Shown: positions 1-10,533 of the stretch, one piece after another
Numbering within the stretch: the stretch's first letter is position 1
Layout: the number at the start of each line of letters is the position of its first letter
Source of the DNA: an uncultured Maribacter sp.
Lineage (GTDB): Bacteria; Bacteroidota; Bacteroidia; Flavobacteriales; Flavobacteriaceae
Assembly (NCBI GenBank): GCA_964507115.1
Contig: CAZDOW010000001.1
Coordinates: 20,806-84,805, forward strand
Direction of reading: 5' to 3'
DNA length: 64,000 bases
Notes under the pieces: generated by a model
What the model saw: the letters and a program-made list of their open reading frames with translations, nothing else
What the model was told of the DNA's origin: nothing
The model's database searches: none
Made by a program: the position numbers and the translations under genes

Positions 1-305
1 TAGTGCCTTGGAAGTTTTAATTTTTGGAAAGAACTGTCAACAATGGATACTAAATTATCTGGGTCGAAAGATAAAGGCTGTTGAAAGGATAATTCATATT
101 TGAATGCTTCTAATTCAATAACAGGTAAAACTAAAGATGAGCTATCCTGGTTAGATAACAATAATTGATGCCCAACATTTCTTAAAGATATTTTTGAACG
201 CTCTATAGACGCGATATCATTATCCCCTAAACATGAAACAACAGTCAAGAAAAAGCAAACAATGCTCAAAACAATAACCGAACTAAGAAGACTTTTTCTA
301 CTCAT
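1..305 (-). CDS. Partial CDS (N-terminal part only, continues past the window edge): predicted lipoprotein, function unknown
   Basis: Not in the ORF track because it is open at the window edge. The reverse complement from ATG 305-303 reads MSRKSLLSSVIVLSIVCFFLTVVSCLGDNDIAS... with no stop down to position 1. It has a hydrophobic signal followed by Cys. Confidence 0.5.
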   Translation of the reverse strand, partial: MSRKSLLSSVIVLSIVCFFLTVVSCLGDNDIASIERSKISLRNVGHQLLLSNQDSSSLVLPVIELEAFKYELSFQQPLSFDPDNLVSIVDSSFQKLKLPRH

Positions 306-395
306 AATAATGTAAAGAACATAAAATCAAAACACTTTTTACACTTGTTGACACTTCTTTTACATTTTTTTGACATGTTTTGGCAAGTGAGATCA

Positions 396-403
396 TAATT
401 TTG
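396..403 (+). promoter_or_regulatory. Bacteroidota-type -7 promoter box (TAATTTTG) upstream of the YceI-like gene
   Basis: Matches TAnnTTTG and lies 17 nt upstream of ATG 420. TTGACA occurs at 370-375. Confidence 0.4.
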
Positions 404-419
404 GAAGAAATTCTTAATA

Positions 420-1004
420 ATGAAAAAACATATTGTAGTATTTGTGTCTTTATTTACTATTGGCTATTTAACTGCTCAAAGTGAAATCCCAATCGACACA
501 AGCATGAGTTCTATTAAATGGACAGGCTCTAATCTTTTTAAATTGAACGAACATTATGGTACTGTAAAGTTTAAACAAGGTATCATATTTAAAAATGGAG
601 ATGCGTTAACGGGCGGTAGTTTTGAGGTGGATATGAATTCCATTACCAATACCGATGGCAAATACAATGAAATGTTAGTTTTCCATCTTAAAAATGAAGA
701 CTTTTTTAACGTAAAAAAACACGCAAGTGCACAACTAGAAATAACAGGGATAACCTATGCCGACAATGTTAACCTAGATGTTAAAGCTATGTTGACCATA
801 AAAGGCGTAACACAGGCTATCACGTACAGCGCTACTTTAGAACAGATAGACGGTAGAATCCGAATGGTTTCGAAATTTATAATTGACCGAACACGGTGGA
901 ATGTCAATTACGAGTCTAAAGGTCTGTTAAAAACCCTAAAGGACGATACAATTTCTGATGCCATAACATTTGAGGTTATTGTAATCTCCAAGCAAAATGA
1001 TTAG
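420..1004 (+). CDS. YceI-like (polyisoprenoid/lipid-binding) periplasmic protein
   Basis: 194 aa with a signal peptide ending TAQ. The segment IKWTGSNL...HYGTVKF..G......GGSFEVDMNSI is typical of the YceI family. Confidence 0.8.
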   Translation: MKKHIVVFVSLFTIGYLTAQSEIPIDTSMSSIKWTGSNLFKLNEHYGTVKFKQGIIFKNGDALTGGSFEVDMNSITNTDGKYNEMLVFHLKNEDFFNVKKHASAQLEITGITYADNVNLDVKAMLTIKGVTQAITYSATLEQIDGRIRMVSKFIIDRTRWNVNYESKGLLKTLKDDTISDAITFEVIVISKQND

Positions 1005-1020
1005 AAACAAAAACGCCGTA

Positions 1021-1983
1021 ATGGACCTAAAAACCTGTAGCCTTTTTTCCATACTTCTGTTAGCCTTTAATGTTGCTTGTCAAGAACAAAAACCCAAGCC
1101 AACATTATGGACTGTAGCTTGGAGTATGGATGGGAAATTTATTGCAGCGGGTGGAAACCAGGACGAGCTAAAACTATTTGATGCACATACGTTTGACTTG
1201 GTTAAAACCTATCCTATTAAAAATGTACAATTAAGCAGAATTAAATGGCATCCTTTTAAAAACATGCTGGCGCTAATAACTCAAAGCGGGACGATTAAGG
1301 CAAAAATTCTAAATCTTGATACGAATACTTGGATAGAACTAGATGGTTTAGCTTCAAGTTTTAGAGCTTTGGACTGGAACTATAATGGGGAGTTTCTTGC
1401 AGTTTCAGAGCTTAAAGATGCCGTATCTATTTATACTGTAGCTGGTAAACGCGTAAGTAGGTTTCTTGCAGACCCCAAGTCTGTAACTGGAATAGATTGG
1501 CATCCAAATAAAAACATCTTAACAACGGTAGGATCTCAAATAGGAATATATAACCATATGGGAGAGCCCATTAATAGGTTTCAACCTAGAACCAAAGAGG
1601 TAGTTTTACTTTGTGTGGCTTGGCACACTTCTGGTGATTTTTTTGTGGTTGGAGATTATGGCGACCTTGAAAATGCGGAAAACAAACTACTACAATTTTG
1701 GAGTTCTGATGGAGTCAAACAACATGAAATAAAAGGGAGTATTGCGGAATATAGAAACCTAAGATGGAACCCAAACGGAGAAAAACTAGCAACCGCCAGC
1801 GATGCTCTTAGACTTTGGACCAAGGACGGAAAACTATTAGCGGAATCTACATCTACTAACGATTACCTATGGGGAGTTGATTGGAGTCCTGATGGTGAAT
1901 TTATTGTAACATCAAGCAGTAAGGGTGAAATTATCATTTGGGATAAAAATGCAAATTTTGTTAGAGAGGTAACCTATAAATAA
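1021..1983 (+). CDS. WD40/beta-propeller repeat lipoprotein
   Basis: Repeated W(S/D)xDG..(I/L)A..(G/S) blades: WSMDGKFIAAGG, WNYNGEFLAV, WHPNKNIL, WNPNGEKLATAS, WSPDGEFIVTSS...IWD. The ORF opens at ATG 997 and overlaps the YceI gene by 8 nt. ATG 1021 gives the lipoprotein signal MDLKTCSLFSILLLAFNVAC. Confidence 0.75.
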   Translation: MDLKTCSLFSILLLAFNVACQEQKPKPTLWTVAWSMDGKFIAAGGNQDELKLFDAHTFDLVKTYPIKNVQLSRIKWHPFKNMLALITQSGTIKAKILNLDTNTWIELDGLASSFRALDWNYNGEFLAVSELKDAVSIYTVAGKRVSRFLADPKSVTGIDWHPNKNILTTVGSQIGIYNHMGEPINRFQPRTKEVVLLCVAWHTSGDFFVVGDYGDLENAENKLLQFWSSDGVKQHEIKGSIAEYRNLRWNPNGEKLATASDALRLWTKDGKLLAESTSTNDYLWGVDWSPDGEFIVTSSSKGEIIIWDKNANFVREVTYK

Positions 1984-2024
1984 AATGATTCACAACTTAG
2001 ATAATGTAAAAAACATATAGAATA

Positions 2025-2612
2025 ATGAAGAACCATATTTTAGTATTAGGTATCCTATGCTATTCCTTTTTACTATTTGGACAGGAAGAACAGCATTTAG
2101 AAATAGTAGTGGCAGATAGCACCTGGAATAAGGAGATTATTACGTTCCCTATAGCTTGGGCACCGGATTTGACGCTCAACGGTTTTGAGGAATTACGTTT
2201 TGCCCCAGAATGGGACCAACCGGATAGCCCACAATTTTGGTCTTTAGCGCTCGCATGGAAAGTGAATGCAAACAGTGCATTAACCCTAAAACAGATAACA
2301 TTCAATTTAGAGCACTATTTTGATAGTCTCATGAAGCCGAACCATTGGGCAACAAAATTTCCCGATCCTACTCTAACATTATTGCTTTCTACAGTAATAA
2401 ATGGTCAAACTACATTTACAGGACAAATGAGTTTTTTTGACGGCTTCCATACTGGAAAGTCAATGACTATAAAGATAAAAGCAACACAATGGTTTTGTGA
2501 GTCTACGGAAACGGCTACAGTACTTTTTCAGTTTTCTCCGCAACCAAAAAATCACGAAATATGGAAAAAATTAAACACTATAGTTCCAATCAAGACAGCT
2601 TGTATTCACTAA
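2025..2612 (+). CDS. Secreted hypothetical protein
   Basis: 195-aa ORF with an N-terminal signal peptide (MKNHILVLGILCYSFLLFGQ). No family recognised. Confidence 0.55.
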   Translation: MKNHILVLGILCYSFLLFGQEEQHLEIVVADSTWNKEIITFPIAWAPDLTLNGFEELRFAPEWDQPDSPQFWSLALAWKVNANSALTLKQITFNLEHYFDSLMKPNHWATKFPDPTLTLLLSTVINGQTTFTGQMSFFDGFHTGKSMTIKIKATQWFCESTETATVLFQFSPQPKNHEIWKKLNTIVPIKTACIH

Positions 2613-2679
2613 AAAATTCAAAATAGGGTGTCTGTACTTGACTAAACCTCTATTTCAACCGTATAATCAAAAATAGTAA

Positions 2680-4206
2680 ATGAACAGTATATTTATAAAC
2701 ACCAGAACCCATATGTGGGTAAGAGGAGCAGTACTTATTTTTATAATTCCCACCCTACTGCTTTGCTTTGGATGCAAACAAAAATCAGAACAAGAAACCA
2801 ATAAAACAGTTCTGCTGTCCAAAAAGGCACAAAAGATAGATGAACTTGTAGGTTTATACGCCGACTATGAAGGATTCAACGGTGCTATTTTAGTATCGCA
2901 CAACGGCGAAATCATTTATAAAAATGGTTTCGGATTTGCTAATATGGAATGGGATATTCCGAACCAATCGGATACCAAGTTTAGAATAGCTTCAATTACC
3001 AAACCATTTACATCAGTTTTGATTATGCAATTGGTTGCCGAAGGAAAATTGGATCTACATGAACCTATAAGTACATACTTACCAGATTATCCAAAAAAGA
3101 ATGGGGATCAGATTACACTTCACCATCTACTAAGTCACACCTCTGGGACGGTAAGGGACTATGAATCCGATATTCCATTAAATCCCTTTCCGGGTAAGCA
3201 GCGACCAGAACGATTGATACAAGAATTTTATGATTTACCGCTTGAATTTACTCCGGGAGAACGTTTTGTGTATAGCAATTCTGGATATATGGTATTAGGA
3301 TATCTAATTGAAACTGTAACAGGCCTTAGCTATGAAACTGTTTTGAAAAATAAAATACTATCTCCTTTAGGCATGGTAAACACTGGTATAGATAAACATA
3401 GACCACTGATTAAGAAGAGAGCCAAGGGTTATTTTAAAGGGTTTGGCGACTATTTTAACGCTAATTATATAGACATGTCCAACATACCCGCGGTAGGCAA
3501 TATATATTCTACCGTTGAGGATTTGTTTTTATTAGATCAGGCCTTACATACCGAAAAGTTAGTACCCAAAGCGTATTTAGATTTGATGTTTACCAAACAT
3601 GTTGCTGATGAAGAGTATGACGGGCACCAAGGATACGGCTGGGAGCTTATGCATAGGCAGGTTGGCAATACCAGAGATAAAGTAGCAACCATTGGACATA
3701 CAGGCGTTATTGATGGGTTTTGTGCCTTATTCACACGGATCCCTTCTAGTAACTCCTCTATTATTTTTTTAAACAATACACGCAAAGCCTTTCTAAATAC
3801 AATGACTACTGGGATAACCGGTATCTTGAATGATACCACCTATGATTTCCCAAAAAAACCTTTAGTTAAATTCATGTCTGAGGTTATTGCAGATAAAGGA
3901 ATTACAAGCGGTATTCTTTTTTACAAAAAGCATGTTGATGATGATGACTATTACAGTAGCGAACAAGAATTGATTGTAGCAGGATATCGTTTTCTTCATG
4001 CTGGGAATGCAAAAGACGCAGCTGCTATTTTTAAATTAAGTATTGATGTATTTCCAGACAGGGACAATCCATATGATAGTTATGCAGAGGCGCTCATGAC
4101 TTTAGGTAGAAATAAAGAGGCTATTGAAAATTACAAAAAATCCCTGGAGCTTAATCCAAACAACGGGAATGCTGTAGCCATGTTGAAGAAATTGGAAAAC
4201 AAGTAA
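2680..4206 (+). CDS. Serine hydrolase (beta-lactamase/transpeptidase-like, class C family) with C-terminal TPR repeats
   Basis: SxxK motif (ASITKPF) and a YSNSGY motif. The C-terminal part (AKDAAAIFKLSIDVFPDRDNPYDSYAEALMTLGRNKEAIENYKKSLELNPNN) is TPR-like. The signal is lipoprotein-like (LLLCFGC). Confidence 0.8.
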   Translation: MNSIFINTRTHMWVRGAVLIFIIPTLLLCFGCKQKSEQETNKTVLLSKKAQKIDELVGLYADYEGFNGAILVSHNGEIIYKNGFGFANMEWDIPNQSDTKFRIASITKPFTSVLIMQLVAEGKLDLHEPISTYLPDYPKKNGDQITLHHLLSHTSGTVRDYESDIPLNPFPGKQRPERLIQEFYDLPLEFTPGERFVYSNSGYMVLGYLIETVTGLSYETVLKNKILSPLGMVNTGIDKHRPLIKKRAKGYFKGFGDYFNANYIDMSNIPAVGNIYSTVEDLFLLDQALHTEKLVPKAYLDLMFTKHVADEEYDGHQGYGWELMHRQVGNTRDKVATIGHTGVIDGFCALFTRIPSSNSSIIFLNNTRKAFLNTMTTGITGILNDTTYDFPKKPLVKFMSEVIADKGITSGILFYKKHVDDDDYYSSEQELIVAGYRFLHAGNAKDAAAIFKLSIDVFPDRDNPYDSYAEALMTLGRNKEAIENYKKSLELNPNNGNAVAMLKKLENK

Positions 4207-4343
4207 CGTGCAGTCTTTACTGCTTATATATATCAACTTATTTGAATGTCATTAATAACTGTTGGTTTTACAAGACCCATTTTTTGGTATATTCGTTACT
4301 TATCGCTGTATTCATAAATTCCTTCCTGTAAAACTTTGATTTC

Positions 4344-5795
4344 ATGAGAACCACCTTAAGAATTTCTATCCTAACCTTGCTGTTTTGTATAACGTCTCCC
4401 CTAATGGCACAAGACAATTACCATTACCAAACTGATTTCTCTATTGAAAATTTTAAGGAACGTAGATTAAAAGTTTTAGCTGCTATAGGAAATAAGTCAA
4501 TTGCTCTTGTTCAGGGTGCTTCTGGACAGTCGGGGTTTAGTGTCTTTAGACAATCTAACACGTTCTATTATTTAACTGGCTTAGAATCAGATCATGCATA
4601 TTTATTGCTAAACGGAAAAAATAAACGAACTACTTTGTATTTACCACATAGAGATGCGGGACGTGAACAAGGGCAAGGAAAAATATTATCTGCGGAAGAT
4701 GCGGAGTTGGTAAAAGAGCTTACAGGAGTTGATACCGTAAAAGGCTATGAATATTTATCTTCCGACCTGCTCCTTACGGGACTCATAAAAGCGGACGCAC
4801 TTAAGTTATATACACCTTTGAGTCCTGCCGAAACCGGTAATGATAGTCGTGACGAACTTTTATTTGGTCAGGCACGGACAGCTGCAGACCCTTGGGATGG
4901 AACTGCTTCCAAAGAGGCTCTATTCGTACAGAAAATTAATTCCCAATTTCCACAGTTCCAAATCCATGACCTTGACCCCTTCCTGGATGAAATGCGACTC
5001 ATTAAAAGTAAAGAAGAAATAGAACTGATACGAAAAGCTACTCAAATTGCAGGATTGGGAATTATGGAAGCCATGCGCTCTACCCAGCCGGGTGTTTATG
5101 AATACCAACTGGATGCTGCAGCAAAGTATGTTTTCCATGTAAACGGGGCACGTGGCGATGGCTATGCCTCCATTATTGGCGGTGGAACCAATGCCTATAT
5201 GGGACACTATTTTCATAAAACCGATATACTCAATGCTGGAGATTTGGTATTGATGGACTATGCACCTGATTATAGGTATTATACCAGTGATGTCACTCGA
5301 ATATGGCCCGTTAATGGGAAATTTGATGTTGCTCAAAAAGCGCTTTATAATTATATTGTTGCGTACAGAGATGCGCTATTTAGCTATATAAAACCAGGAA
5401 TTACGTCCGATGAAGTTTTAGATTTAGCCGCTGCTGATATGAAACAATATTTGATTGGGAAAACCTTTGCAAATCCTAACCATTTAAAGGCGGTAGAGAA
5501 AGGAATACAATTCAGGGGACATTTTCAGCATCCTGTGGGTATGGCGGTTCATGATGTTGGAATCGTTCACCGGGTTTCCTTAAAAGCAGGGATGGTTTTT
5601 ACGATTGATCCCATGATCTGGATTCCAGAAGAACGACTGTACATTCGTATAGAAGATGTGGCCTTAGTGACGGAAAGTGGCGTGGAAAACTTAAGTGGAT
5701 TTGTACCTTCTTCTATAAAATCCATTGAAAATACCATTAAAGAAAAGGGATTGACAGAATTTCATCCGCCTTCAACATTACCCTTTAAAAACTAG
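4344..5795 (+). CDS. Xaa-Pro aminopeptidase (M24B family, aminopeptidase P-like), secreted
   Basis: Signal peptide, then an N-terminal creatinase/prolidase-type domain and a pita-bread catalytic domain. Metal-ligand context: LMDYAPDYRYYTSDVTR, HPVGMAVHD, IRIEDV. Confidence 0.8.
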   Translation: MRTTLRISILTLLFCITSPLMAQDNYHYQTDFSIENFKERRLKVLAAIGNKSIALVQGASGQSGFSVFRQSNTFYYLTGLESDHAYLLLNGKNKRTTLYLPHRDAGREQGQGKILSAEDAELVKELTGVDTVKGYEYLSSDLLLTGLIKADALKLYTPLSPAETGNDSRDELLFGQARTAADPWDGTASKEALFVQKINSQFPQFQIHDLDPFLDEMRLIKSKEEIELIRKATQIAGLGIMEAMRSTQPGVYEYQLDAAAKYVFHVNGARGDGYASIIGGGTNAYMGHYFHKTDILNAGDLVLMDYAPDYRYYTSDVTRIWPVNGKFDVAQKALYNYIVAYRDALFSYIKPGITSDEVLDLAAADMKQYLIGKTFANPNHLKAVEKGIQFRGHFQHPVGMAVHDVGIVHRVSLKAGMVFTIDPMIWIPEERLYIRIEDVALVTESGVENLSGFVPSSIKSIENTIKEKGLTEFHPPSTLPFKN

Positions 5796-5829
5796 TATAG
5801 CATTATAAGTACCAACGAAATTACACCCT

Positions 5830-7476
5830 ATGAAAAATTGGCTTTTACTACTACTTTTTCTTTTACCACTATATACTAGTTTTGCATTTCCTCCGTCGGA
5901 CAATTACCCAAAAAATCCCAATATAGATGCAGTCAACTATACGTTTCGTATAAGTGTATCGGATACTACGGATGAAATTAGTTGTGAGGAAACGATCGAT
6001 ATCCGGTACTTGGCGGAGGGTATAAATACGTTGCGACTGGATTTAATTGTGGCCTCGAAAAAACTAGACGGCAAAGGCATGATAGTTGGTAGCGTAATTT
6101 CAGAAGGGAAAACCTTGGAATATACACATGAGAATGATGTATTGACAATCCAACTACCAACCACTTCCATAGTAAATCAACGCAGTAGTTATACCGTTAC
6201 ATACAAAGGCATACCAGCCACAGGCCTTAAGATTGCAAATAATAAATACGGAGATAGAACTTTCTTTAGTGATAATTGGCCTAATAAAGGTAGAAATTGG
6301 CTGGCAACCATTGACCATCCCTACGACAAGGCCACCTGTGAATTTATAGTTACGGCTCCCGCACACTACCAAGTTGTTTCCAATGGATTAAAGATTGAAG
6401 AAAGTAATTTGGAAAATGGATCGCGTCTTACGCATTGGAAGCAATCCGTTCCTATTGCCACTTGGTTATATGTTTTAGGGGTTGCCGAGTTTGCCATTCA
6501 ATACGTAGATAAATTTAAAGGGAAATCCATTGAAACTTGGGTGTATAAGCAAGATAGGGATGCTGGATTTTATGATTTTACTATCCCTACAAAAAGTGCA
6601 TTGGAATTTTACAGCAATAATATTGGGCCCTTTTCCTATGAAAAATTAGCCAACATTCAATCGAACAGCGTAAGCGGTGGCATGGAAGCCGCTTCTGCCA
6701 TTTTATATAGCGAAAACTCAGTAGTTGGCGATAGAAACGAGCGTTGGCGAAACGTAATCATACATGAAATTGCCCATCAATGGTTTGGAAATGCCGTTAC
6801 CGAATACGATTGGGACGATGTCTGGTTAAGCGAAGGCTTTGCCACGTATTTCACTTTACTTTTTATTGAACATCAATATGGACGAGATGCTTTTATGGAA
6901 GGTCTCATGAAAAGCAAAAAAACCGTAGATGATTTTTATGTAAAAAATCCAGAGTATCGCATTGTCCACGATAATCTAACCGATATGTCAAAAGTGGTCA
7001 CGATACAGACCTATCAAAAAGGGAGCTGGATGCTGCATATGCTGCGTGGCGTAGTGGGTACTGACGTTTTCTGGAAAGGAATTCAATCGTATTATAAAAA
7101 ATACAAAGATTTAAACGCTACTACTGATGACTTTCGTAGGGAAATGGAGGAAGCTTCCGGTTTGAATCTTCAACAATTTTTTCAACAATGGTTGTATCAA
7201 CCTGGCACTTTGAAATATAAGGGTAATTGGGAATTCGACGCTAAGAAAAAGGAAATCACGATACGTCTTGATCAAGTACAGAGCGATGGTAGTTTTTTTG
7301 AAATGCCCTTAGAAATCGCTGTTTACGGACCAGAAAAAAAACAACTACTTATCAAAAAAATACAAATCGATAAAAAGTCAAATACATTTTCTTTTTTAAT
7401 TGATTTTAAACCAACAAAACTGATACTGGATCCTGATTTTAAAGTGCTAATGGAAGCTGATTTTGAGAAGAAGTAG
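5830..7476 (+). CDS. M1 family zinc metallopeptidase (aminopeptidase N-like), secreted
   Basis: GGMEAA exopeptidase motif and HEIAHQWFGN-x18-E (WLSEGFATY) zinc site. Confidence 0.9.
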   Translation: MKNWLLLLLFLLPLYTSFAFPPSDNYPKNPNIDAVNYTFRISVSDTTDEISCEETIDIRYLAEGINTLRLDLIVASKKLDGKGMIVGSVISEGKTLEYTHENDVLTIQLPTTSIVNQRSSYTVTYKGIPATGLKIANNKYGDRTFFSDNWPNKGRNWLATIDHPYDKATCEFIVTAPAHYQVVSNGLKIEESNLENGSRLTHWKQSVPIATWLYVLGVAEFAIQYVDKFKGKSIETWVYKQDRDAGFYDFTIPTKSALEFYSNNIGPFSYEKLANIQSNSVSGGMEAASAILYSENSVVGDRNERWRNVIIHEIAHQWFGNAVTEYDWDDVWLSEGFATYFTLLFIEHQYGRDAFMEGLMKSKKTVDDFYVKNPEYRIVHDNLTDMSKVVTIQTYQKGSWMLHMLRGVVGTDVFWKGIQSYYKKYKDLNATTDDFRREMEEASGLNLQQFFQQWLYQPGTLKYKGNWEFDAKKKEITIRLDQVQSDGSFFEMPLEIAVYGPEKKQLLIKKIQIDKKSNTFSFLIDFKPTKLILDPDFKVLMEADFEKK

Positions 7477-7498
7477 GTATTTATGCTAAAGGAACCTA

Positions 7499-8356
7499 TT
7501 ATTTTTTTGTGAAGCCCGCATGAAGCATTACTCCTGACGTATAAAGTATTACGGCAATAACTACCCACCTGAGAACATCCAATGGTAAGGACTTTACAAT
7601 AAAAGCAGCTATACATACCGCTACAATACCTGGGATTGCCATAGCAACAGCGGCTTTTCGATTATACGCTTTTTCACGAATAAAGCGCACAGAGGCTGGA
7701 GGCATCAAAAAAGCGCAGGAACCCATCATGATCGGAAAGGCGACTTGGGGAGACATACCCAAAGCAAAAACCAGTGCCATACAGGGAGCATATAAACCAA
7801 TACCAGCTGTCATTAAAGCACCTAAACCAAAGTTAGCAATAACCGCAATGGCTAATTTGCCATTACTAAGACCAATAGCATCTCCCCCACCTTGAATCCA
7901 TTCCATGCTGGTAGCTAACATAAAAAAAGCAGTAACCAACAGTGCAAAGCCCATTACCAAACGAATCTTTTTTTCTGATAGCTTAGCAACCACACCGGCA
8001 CCTAAAACGGCACCAAGAGCAGCCGATAGAAACATAGCCACCAAGGTAATAGGCTCTACTTCGATAATGGTAATAAAAATAAGAGCTTGTAACACTACAG
8101 GAAGCGTATTGGCTACGTTCATGGTCCCAGGGATATGTTTGTCCTTAGTTTGCTTTGTAAATTTTAAAAGGGCTGTTTGCGGCGCAAATGCGCCAATACC
8201 CAGGACATCAAAAAAATTAACTACGAATCCAATAATTGAAGTTTTTAACCAGCTACTGTCTTCTAATGAATTTCGGTGAGCTAAGAAGTCCCGCGTTAAA
8301 ACAATACCAAACCATAAACCTAAACCAGCCAATGAGACCCAAATTATTGTTATCAT
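7499..8356 (-). CDS. Polytopic membrane protein, TauE/SafE (DUF81)-like anion exporter family
   Basis: 285 aa with about 8 hydrophobic helices and a two-fold internal repeat carrying GIGAFAPQ / GIGLYAPC motifs. The family assignment is tentative. Confidence 0.5.
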   Translation of the reverse strand: MITIIWVSLAGLGLWFGIVLTRDFLAHRNSLEDSSWLKTSIIGFVVNFFDVLGIGAFAPQTALLKFTKQTKDKHIPGTMNVANTLPVVLQALIFITIIEVEPITLVAMFLSAALGAVLGAGVVAKLSEKKIRLVMGFALLVTAFFMLATSMEWIQGGGDAIGLSNGKLAIAVIANFGLGALMTAGIGLYAPCMALVFALGMSPQVAFPIMMGSCAFLMPPASVRFIREKAYNRKAAVAMAIPGIVAVCIAAFIVKSLPLDVLRWVVIAVILYTSGVMLHAGFTKK

Positions 8357-8432
8357 ACAAGTTTTATAAATGAAATAGAAAGCCCTAAAAGCAACAAAAT
8401 GCTAAAATATTCTATTAAGAGAAGCTCCTAAT

Positions 8433-10022
8433 CTAACAAACTTTAAAAAAAGTCTTATTCGTATTTATTTCTCCATTGGCTAACTTAGCCTCGATTTCCT
8501 TGGCGGTCTTTGTAATGGCTAGGCCTCCTAAACCGGTACAACAGAGTGTATTGGGTAGTGCATCGCCAACACGTTTCATAGTCTCTACCACTTCGTCTAG
8601 AGGAATTAAATGATCATAGTCTGACAAAGCCATGTTCGCGCAAGAAATAGCATTGGTGGCAGCCATTACATTTCTATTTAAGCATGGTGCTTCTACCCTA
8701 TCGGCAATCATATCGCAAATCATGCCCAAGCTGGATTGCAAAGCCATTGAGGCTGCTGAAATGGACTGATTCAAGGTTCCATTTTTTAATCCAACAATAC
8801 CTGCTGCTGCCATTCCTGATGCTGATCCACATTCGGCCATACATCCACCTACTTCAGCAGCAAAGGTAGCATGCGCTGCTATGAACACACCAATAATTCC
8901 TGCAGCTAGTAACGCTTTTATCATTTCGTCTTCTGAAAGCTCCAATGTTTTGCCTATACCAATTATTGCTCCTGGCAAAGCTCCGCAAGACCCTGCAGTT
9001 GGCGCTGCAACGATTACGCCCATAGAGCTTTTAACTTCCATCATGGCAGAAGTATATAGAATTACTTGGTTCAATACATCTCCGGCAACCAGTTTTTTGC
9101 CATCCATCTTTTCTTGAAAAGTCAAAGACTGTGGGCCAAGTATACGATCTGCATATTTCGTTCCTTGTAAACCAAGGTCGATAGCATTTCGCATAATTTT
9201 TAAAATATCCCGCATCTTTTCAAAAACTGCTTCCTCGGAAATAGCACCTCGCATACTTTCATAAGCAACGGCCAACTCCCATAATTCAAGATTCTTACCT
9301 GTATTATACTCTAGCATTTCGTTGCACGTAATAAAAGGAACCTTTAGATCCTTGCGTGCCATTACCGGAAGTACAGGCTTCATTTTTTTGATAAAAAGTA
9401 CCTCATTCATTTCTAGCAGGGCTGCCTCTAGATTGGCTGGAATAAATTGATTGGCTTTTATTTCTATGAAAGTAGATGTTCCTTCACGCAATGTAATCTC
9501 GTCACAATCAAAAGAAGCTTCAATATGTTTTATAAGCTGAACCGGGGATTTAACGTAAATCAAAGTTTGATAGAAATCTCCTGCCATCAATACCGGAGCA
9601 CCATCAATTTCAATAACTTCTATCATCCCACCTCCAGTTGAAATGGCCGTAACCATTCGGGTCTCTTTTTGGTTCTTTAGCGTAAGTTTATAGGTGTTTG
9701 GATGCGTTGCACCAATAGGATGAATATCGATTTTGATTTGAATACCTGCTTCATCAATGGCCTGTAAGTAATTAGGTAGGCGTTTCTCATCCGCTTCCCA
9801 CCCCATAAATCCACCAAAAAGCCCCATATCCGAACCTTGACCCTTATGGGTCGTAGCTAATGAACCGTTAGTATCAAACTCAATATGTACTTCTTTGATA
9901 TTCCCATCCATTAAATCGAGACACATTCTTCCAATTCGTAAAGAAGCTGCACAGTGAGAACTGGAGGGTCCTCGCATAACAGGACCTATAACATCATTAA
10001 ATATGCTAGGATATTTTTTCAT
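8433..10022 (-). CDS. sdaA: L-serine ammonia-lyase (iron-sulfur-dependent L-serine dehydratase), single-chain beta+alpha
   Basis: N-terminal IFNDVIGPVMRGPSSSHCAA plus the C-terminal alpha-domain motifs SCGALPG and GGCMAECGSASG. Confidence 0.85.
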   Translation of the reverse strand: MKKYPSIFNDVIGPVMRGPSSSHCAASLRIGRMCLDLMDGNIKEVHIEFDTNGSLATTHKGQGSDMGLFGGFMGWEADEKRLPNYLQAIDEAGIQIKIDIHPIGATHPNTYKLTLKNQKETRMVTAISTGGGMIEVIEIDGAPVLMAGDFYQTLIYVKSPVQLIKHIEASFDCDEITLREGTSTFIEIKANQFIPANLEAALLEMNEVLFIKKMKPVLPVMARKDLKVPFITCNEMLEYNTGKNLELWELAVAYESMRGAISEEAVFEKMRDILKIMRNAIDLGLQGTKYADRILGPQSLTFQEKMDGKKLVAGDVLNQVILYTSAMMEVKSSMGVIVAAPTAGSCGALPGAIIGIGKTLELSEDEMIKALLAAGIIGVFIAAHATFAAEVGGCMAECGSASGMAAAGIVGLKNGTLNQSISAASMALQSSLGMICDMIADRVEAPCLNRNVMAATNAISCANMALSDYDHLIPLDEVVETMKRVGDALPNTLCCTGLGGLAITKTAKEIEAKLANGEINTNKTFFKVC

Positions 10023-10485
10023 CTAATCAAATATAAGTTTAAGTAAAACTAAACGCTATGCCCCCAATATCTAAGTGGTAAATCAATGCTATTAATCCAT
10101 TAATTGAAACCAAACGTCATGAAAATTGAGATTACGAGATTAAGATAGTTAAAAAGTAATAAGAGATGTTCGATTATTTTATTAAAACAGAATAATTATT
10201 TGTCTGGTCTCAATAAATTTAAATAAGTATCTAAAATTGGTAGAAAGGAATATCCTTGAAATTCACTTGAACCCATCTTCCTAGCTTAAGAATTATATTC
10301 TTACCGTAAGACGGTATGCCTATTACTTCAAACAAACGCTACAAAAATTTGGCAAAAATAGTACCTTCAAAATCTATTTGTTTAATGGTATAACTGCTAG
10401 AAACAGAAGAAAATAATCACCGCCTTCCTTCACATTTAAAAACTCGAAAATAGGAACTATGATTTCAGCATCCATTCTTGCTTAG

Positions 10486-10493
10486 TATCTTTG
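10486..10493 (+). promoter_or_regulatory. -7 promoter box TATCTTTG upstream of the half DEAD-box gene
   Basis: Exact TAnnTTTG, 41 nt upstream of ATG 10534. Confidence 0.4.
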
Positions 10494-10533
10494 TCTAAAA
10501 TCTGTTAAAGCATCAATTCCAATCGTAAAAACT

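Noticed and set aside
10302-10316. Small palindrome TACCGT-AAG-ACGGTA in the 510-nt divergent region between sdaA and the half DEAD-box gene. A few 7-9-codon mini-ORFs are also there.
   Set aside because: 6-bp arms are expected by chance in 500 nt. There is no positional relation to a promoter box, and the mini-ORFs have no leader-peptide features I can argue for.
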